64,000 bases of DNA from Mytilus californianus (Eukaryota), in NCBI RefSeq assembly GCF_021869535.1, contig NW_026262668.1:5456001-5520000 (forward strand). The letters run 5' to 3'. This document shows, piece by piece, positions 62,433-64,000 of the stretch. A program made the position numbers and the translations under genes. Position 1 is the stretch's first letter; every line of letters starts with the position of its first letter. The notes beneath the pieces were generated by a model. The model ran no database searches, was not told where the DNA came from, and saw only the letters and a list, made by a program, of their open reading frames with translations.

Positions 62433-63461
62433 TTTTATGCCCCCGCCGTAGCAGAGGGGGCATTAAGTTTTACCCTTGTCCGTCTGTACGTATGTACGTC
62501 TGTCCGTACGTCTTAAAATTGGTTACCGTTCTCTAACTTAGGTTTGCCTCAACCAAATGTTATGAAACTTATACACAATGCTTATTACCACAAAACACAG
62601 ATCAAGTTTGAAATTTGGTCGCGTCACTTTAACTGTTCCGGAGTTATGCCCCTTTATAAATGGAAACATTGCAAAATTTTTATTTTCTTCTAAATATCAA
62701 GTAATTTTTAAAATTGGAGTTATCTTCCTTTGTCCATGATTATACCTGAATCAACTACAATCAATGCTTTATACAATGTAATGTTCAATTTTGACTTCCA
62801 CTGATAAAACACAGATCAAGTTGAATTTTGGTAGTGCCACTTTAACCATTATTGAGTTATGCCCCTTTATAAATCGAAAGATTGGAAAATTTTTAGTTTC
62901 CATTCTGTAACTTAAGTTTGCCCCAACCAAACATTATGAAACCTATACACAATATTCATTACCACAAAACTAAGATCAAGTACAAATTTTTTGTTTCTGT
63001 TTTCTAACTTTAGTTTTTTCTCAACCAAATGTTATGAAACTTATACACAATGCTTATTACTACATAATACAGATTAAGTACGAAATTTGGTGACAACACT
63101 TTTACCATTCTTGAGTTATGTCCATTTATAAATATGAAAATTGCTGAATTTTTCGTTTCTGTTCTCTAACTTTTGTTTGTCTCAACCAAATGTTATAAAA
63201 CTTATACACAACCGTTCTAGAGTTATGTGTGTTTACAAATAGAAAAATTGCTGAATTTTTAGTTTCTGTTCTCTACTTAAGTTAGCCTCAACCAAATGTT
63301 ATTACACTTACACACAATGCTTATTACCACAAAACTCAGATCAAGTTCAAATTTGGGTAGCGTGACTTTATACGTTCTTCAGTTATGTCCCTTTATAACT
63401 ACTATATGATATGCAAGCGGGGGCATCATCTGTGTCCACATGTGGACACTTATCCACATTT
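62433..63461 (+). mobile_element. Complete HINE (non-autonomous Helentron)
   Basis: 5' subTIR atgcccccgc with hairpin, 3' subTIR gcgggggcat followed by the palindrome gtgtccac-at-gtggacac, internal repeats of about 150 bp, inserted in a T-rich site. Confidence 0.8.
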
Positions 63462-64000
63462 ATTTTTTTTGGGGGGGGGGGGGGGGGTTAACAGTGGGTT
63501 TGTCTTAGAAATGCCTCTCACCTTAACTAAAGTTAACTAAACCCTGAATTTGCTTTAGCATTATATAAGGGAATTATATGTCAGGCCACCAAACTAGTTT
63601 CTTCCACAATGATGTGTACTTAAAAGAATAAAAAATAAAAACATTTGAAGTAGAGTAATAACTCCTCAACAGGTAATTAAAGCATTATCTGGAACTTTCG
63701 ATTCTGGTTGGTTCACTCGATGCATCTTTAATTTTTTTCTGTGAACCCCTGCATCTAGACTATCCACTTTTGCCAAACCAGCGTTGTATTTGACAACCAC
63801 ACCGCATTGACAAAATAACAATCCCTTCTGAGATTGCCGAATTATTCTACAAATTCAACAACGAACTACTACCACTCAAGATCCAAAGAAGACCACCGCA
63901 AAACGTAATGAACCTCAGAACCGCACGATTTTATTGTTTAAATGAACTTGAGACATGGATTATGTACCACAACTGCCAAATGTAACCAATTCACCGGAAC

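Noticed and set aside
63780-64000. RTARFY-like peptide (possible Penelope RT relic) and a possible MDYVPQLP... ORF start at the window edge
   Set aside because: Too short and degenerate, and cut off by the window end; it cannot be supported.

Overview
AT-rich eukaryotic genomic DNA, not prokaryotic. The repeat families and the intronless B-box gene point to a bivalve mollusc, most likely Mytilus; this is recognised from memory and was not searched. Host genes: (1) an intronless RING-less TRIM-like gene (2 B-boxes, coiled coil, beta-propeller; 5732-7381 +). (2) A spliced tRNA 2'-phosphotransferase (TRPT1/Tpt1/KptA) gene on the minus strand, which the ORF track misses. I rebuilt it from six phase-compatible exons (30012 down to 18342, 189 aa, last exon unresolved). 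It keeps the Arg-His-Arg-Arg tetrad but has two unusual motif substitutions and an apparent GC-AG intron. (3) A divergently transcribed, unidentified plus-strand gene with small exons at about 43.3, 48.5, 52.6 and possibly 56.7 kb, sharing a CRE/YY1 promoter region with TRPT1. The rest is mobile DNA: a decayed APE-RT LINE with a (TTAC)n tail, a 5'-truncated Penelope-like (Naiad-type) RT inserted at that tail, dispersed short copies of the Penelope-like 3' end, a decayed hammerhead/retrozyme unit, tRNA-derived SINEs, several MITEs/foldbacks, and many Helentron-type non-autonomous elements (HINEs). These include a 7.3 kb triple self-nested HINE that carries a higher-order satellite.
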